This document shows, piece after piece, positions 61,444 through 64,000 of a stretch of 64,000 nt of DNA. Source of the stretch: Bacteroidia bacterium (GTDB taxonomy: Bacteria; Bacteroidota; Bacteroidia; M30B66). Below the pieces are notes generated by a model. It saw only the letters and a list, made by a program, of their open reading frames with translations. It searched no databases and was not told where the DNA came from. Location: positions 23,111 to 87,110 of the forward strand of contig JAIBAI010000004.1 in assembly GCA_019695235.1 (NCBI GenBank), written 5' to 3'. Positions within the stretch are counted from its first letter, which is position 1. Each line of letters begins with the position of its first letter. A program made the position numbers and the translations under genes.

Positions 61444-64000
61444 TTATCCGCCTGAAATTTTTTTAATCTCATTGAGCTTCAATAAAGCCTCAACAGGTGT
61501 GAGCGAATTGATGTCGAGTGTTGCAAGTTCAGCCCTTATCTGACTTAGCACAGGATCATCGAGCTGAAAAAAGCTTAGCTGCATACCCTTGTTAGCAGGC
61601 GATGTTGCCGTTTGCCGGGCTTCCTTACTCCCGTTGCGATGTAAAGATTCAAGCTCTTTTAGCATCTCTGAGGCCCGCTCGATAATTGCTTTGGGCATAC
61701 CTGCCATGCGGGCAACATGAATCCCAAAGCTGTGATTGCTCCCCCCTTCTTTTAACTTACGCAGAAATAGCACCTTTGCCCCCACTTCACGTACAGACAC
61801 ATTGTAATTTCGGATACGGGGAAAGCGGGTAGCCATATCATTCAACTCATGGTAATGAGTAGCAAAGAGTGTTTTTGCCCGGTGTACCGGCTGTTCGTGT
61901 AGGTACTCTGCTATGGCCCAGGCGATAGAAATACCATCGTAGGTGCTTGTACCTCTTCCTATTTCATCCAGGAGTATCAGGCTGCGAAGGCTCAGGTTAT
62001 TCATAATCGCTGAGGTTTCGTTCATCTCTACCATAAATGTAGATTCACCAGAACTGATATTATCAGAGGCGCCTACTCGGGTGAAAATCTTATCAACCAA
62101 ACCGATACTCGCTGACTTTGCCGGAACAAAGCTGCCTATTTGTGCCATAATGCAAATCAGGGCAGTTTGCCGTAACAAGGCTGATTTTCCAGACATATTC
62201 GGGCCGGTAATCATCATAATCTGGCAGTCATCCGGATCGAGCCTGATTGAATTGCTAATGTACTCCTCCCCTGCTGGCATTTGTTGTTCGATCACTGGGT
62301 GGCGGCCATCTGTAATTTCAATGCAATAAGTATCATTCACCTCAGGCCTGCAATAATTTTGCTTAATGGCCAATTGGGAGAAACCCAGGAGACAATCGAG
62401 CTGGGCAAGCAAATAGGCATTGTGCTGTATTGGCTGGATATATTGACATAAATCTGTGACCAGGGCTTGGTAAATGCTCTCTTCCAAACGGTTAATCTTT
62501 TCTTCAGCACCAAGTATCTTCTCTTCAAAAGTTTTTATCTCAGGAGTAATATAGCGTTCGGCATTGACCAGGGTTTGTTTCCTGATCCAGGTTTCCGGCA
62601 CCTTGTCTTTATGGGCATTGGTCACCTCAAGGTAGTACCCAAACACGTTATTATAGCCAATTTTCAATGAACTGATACCGGTTTGTGCACTCTCCCTTTG
62701 CTGGATGCTTGCCAGAAAATCCTTGCCTGAACGTTTAATTTCTCGGAGTTCATCTAACTCCTGATTCACTCCCGGACTGATTACGTCACCTTTTTGCAAA
62801 GCGGCAGGCGGGTCAGGTACAATCTCATGCTGAATACGTTTCCTGATTCCGGCACAAGGATTGAGTTGTTCTCCTATAGTTAGTAACAGCTTATCTGACG
62901 ACAACTGGCAAATCTCACGTATAGGCTCAATTGCCTGTAATGCCCGCTGTAATTGTACCAGTTCACGTGGTGTAATCCTGTTCACCGCTGCTTTACCTAC
63001 CAAGCGTTCAAGATCACCTATCTCGCGTAATTGCACTGCAAGTGCATCTGCCAATTCAGGTGATTTTACCAACAAATCAACCAGAGCATGCCGCTCTGCA
63101 ATGGGTGCCAAAGAGCGAAGTGGCAAGGCCAGCCAACGTTTGAGCATTCTAGCACCCATGGGAGTGATGGTATGGTTCAGGATGTCGAATAAGGTTATTG
63201 CATTTTCATGTGCAGAACCAAAAAGTTCTAAGTTTCTTACCGTAAACGCATCTAGCCACATGTGGCTTTCTTCTTCAATCCGTGAAATAGTATTTATATG
63301 CCCTGTACGGTCATGGTTTGTTTCACGCAAATAATGTAAGCAGGCTCCTGCGGCAATTACTGCAAGCTGCAATTTGTCAATACCATAACCTTTCAGCGAT
63401 TGTGTATCAAATTGTTTCAGGAGTGTTTCTTCGGCATAATCCGGTTGAAAAACCCAATCTTCTAATGCATACTGAAAGAAACGCTCACCGAATTGTTCTT
63501 TGACTAATGCCGCTTTGGGCCGGGCAACCAATACCTCCCCTGGCTGAAAATTGCGCATCATCTGCCATACGTAATCTAATGTACCTTGTGCCACAAGGAA
63601 CTCCCCGGTACTATGGTCGAGGAAAGCAAGCCCGGCACGTTCATCCTGGATATGAATGGCCGCCAGATAAGCATTTGAACGATGGTCTAACAGTTTATCA
63701 GAACTCACCAGACCCGGGGTAACCAGCTCAGTTACACCTCGTTTTACAATGGTCTTGGTTTGTTTTGGGTCTTCCAGCTGGTCGCAAATAGCTACCCTGT
63801 ATCCGGCTCGTACCAGTTTGGGCAGGTAATTATCAAGCGCATGGTGTGGGAAACCGGCAAGCTCCACAGATGATGCAGCGCCATTGGCCCTTTTTGTAAG
63901 CACGATTCCTAAAATTCCTGCGGCGGTAATAGCATCCTGACCGAAGGTTTCATAGAAATCGCCAACTCTGAACAATAACAAGGCATCAGGATATTTCGCC
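61444..64000 (-). CDS. mutS: DNA mismatch repair protein MutS (N-terminus beyond window end)
   Basis: [16 protein letters not shown] (mismatch-binding domain block, normally ~20 aa from the true N-terminus). Walker [15 protein letters not shown] and ABC signature region. The ORF remains open to the window end, so the gene is 5'-truncated here. Confidence 0.9.
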   Translation of the reverse strand, partial: AKYPDALLLFRVGDFYETFGQDAITAAGILGIVLTKRANGAASSVELAGFPHHALDNYLPKLVRAGYRVAICDQLEDPKQTKTIVKRGVTELVTPGLVSSDKLLDHRSNAYLAAIHIQDERAGLAFLDHSTGEFLVAQGTLDYVWQMMRNFQPGEVLVARPKAALVKEQFGERFFQYALEDWVFQPDYAEETLLKQFDTQSLKGYGIDKLQLAVIAAGACLHYLRETNHDRTGHINTISRIEEESHMWLDAFTVRNLELFGSAHENAITLFDILNHTITPMGARMLKRWLALPLRSLAPIAERHALVDLLVKSPELADALAVQLREIGDLERLVGKAAVNRITPRELVQLQRALQAIEPIREICQLSSDKLLLTIGEQLNPCAGIRKRIQHEIVPDPPAALQKGDVISPGVNQELDELREIKRSGKDFLASIQQRESAQTGISSLKIGYNNVFGYYLEVTNAHKDKVPETWIRKQTLVNAERYITPEIKTFEEKILGAEEKINRLEESIYQALVTDLCQYIQPIQHNAYLLAQLDCLLGFSQLAIKQNYCRPEVNDTYCIEITDGRHPVIEQQMPAGEEYISNSIRLDPDDCQIMMITGPNMSGKSALLRQTALICIMAQIGSFVPAKSASIGLVDKIFTRVGASDNISSGESTFMVEMNETSAIMNNLSLRSLILLDEIGRGTSTYDGISIAWAIAEYLHEQPVHRAKTLFATHYHELNDMATRFPRIRNYNVSVREVGAKVLFLRKLKEGGSNHSFGIHVARMAGMPKAIIERASEMLKELESLHRNGSKEARQTATSPANKGMQLSFFQLDDPVLSQIRAELATLDINSLTPVEALLKLNEIKKISGG

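Overview
This 64 kb window appears to be Bacteroidetes chromosomal DNA (roughly 45% GC, type IX secretion system (T9SS) signatures, Bacteroidetes-type TAnnTTTG promoter elements). It is densely coding. I call about 45 protein genes, 2 tRNAs (tRNA-Gln-UUG on +, tRNA-Gly-GCC on -) and 3 rho-independent hairpin terminators. There is no CRISPR array, transposase, integrase or other mobile-element gene, and no prophage. All protein functions below are inferred from motifs visible in the translations; no database search was possible. The window begins with a giant 2515-aa SprB-repeat adhesin that carries a T9SS type-B C-terminal domain. It is followed by a truncated PorP/SprF-family partner gene that runs off the window start. 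Most of the rest is housekeeping: ileS, pyrG, priA, mutS (partial), lnt, lspA, dsbD, ctp, tyrA, ansA, tatD, dCMP deaminase, and the two methylmalonyl-CoA mutase subunits encoded about 29 kb apart. The most interesting region is 23.9-34.4 kb. It holds a cluster of T9SS-secreted or lipoprotein genes: an OB-fold module of the ExeM/NucH extracellular-nuclease type, a DUF5689-like lipoprotein, a TonB-dependent receptor, a secreted EEP/DNase-I-like nuclease and a PLD-superfamily two-HKD enzyme. Together these look like a disassembled extracellular nuclease coupled to an outer-membrane importer, possibly for extracellular DNA capture, degradation and uptake. A LexA/cI-like XRE+S24 self-cleaving repressor with operator-like repeats sits beside them. 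Other points worth a second look: a TolB-propeller/Omp85-barrel fusion outer-membrane protein; a membrane Fe-S (HdrE/D-like) protein lacking its usual CCG-domain partner and translationally coupled to a HemD-like gene; a half-size TauE protein overlapping an M20 amidohydrolase; and a near-perfect 99-bp tandem duplication inside a DUF349 gene.
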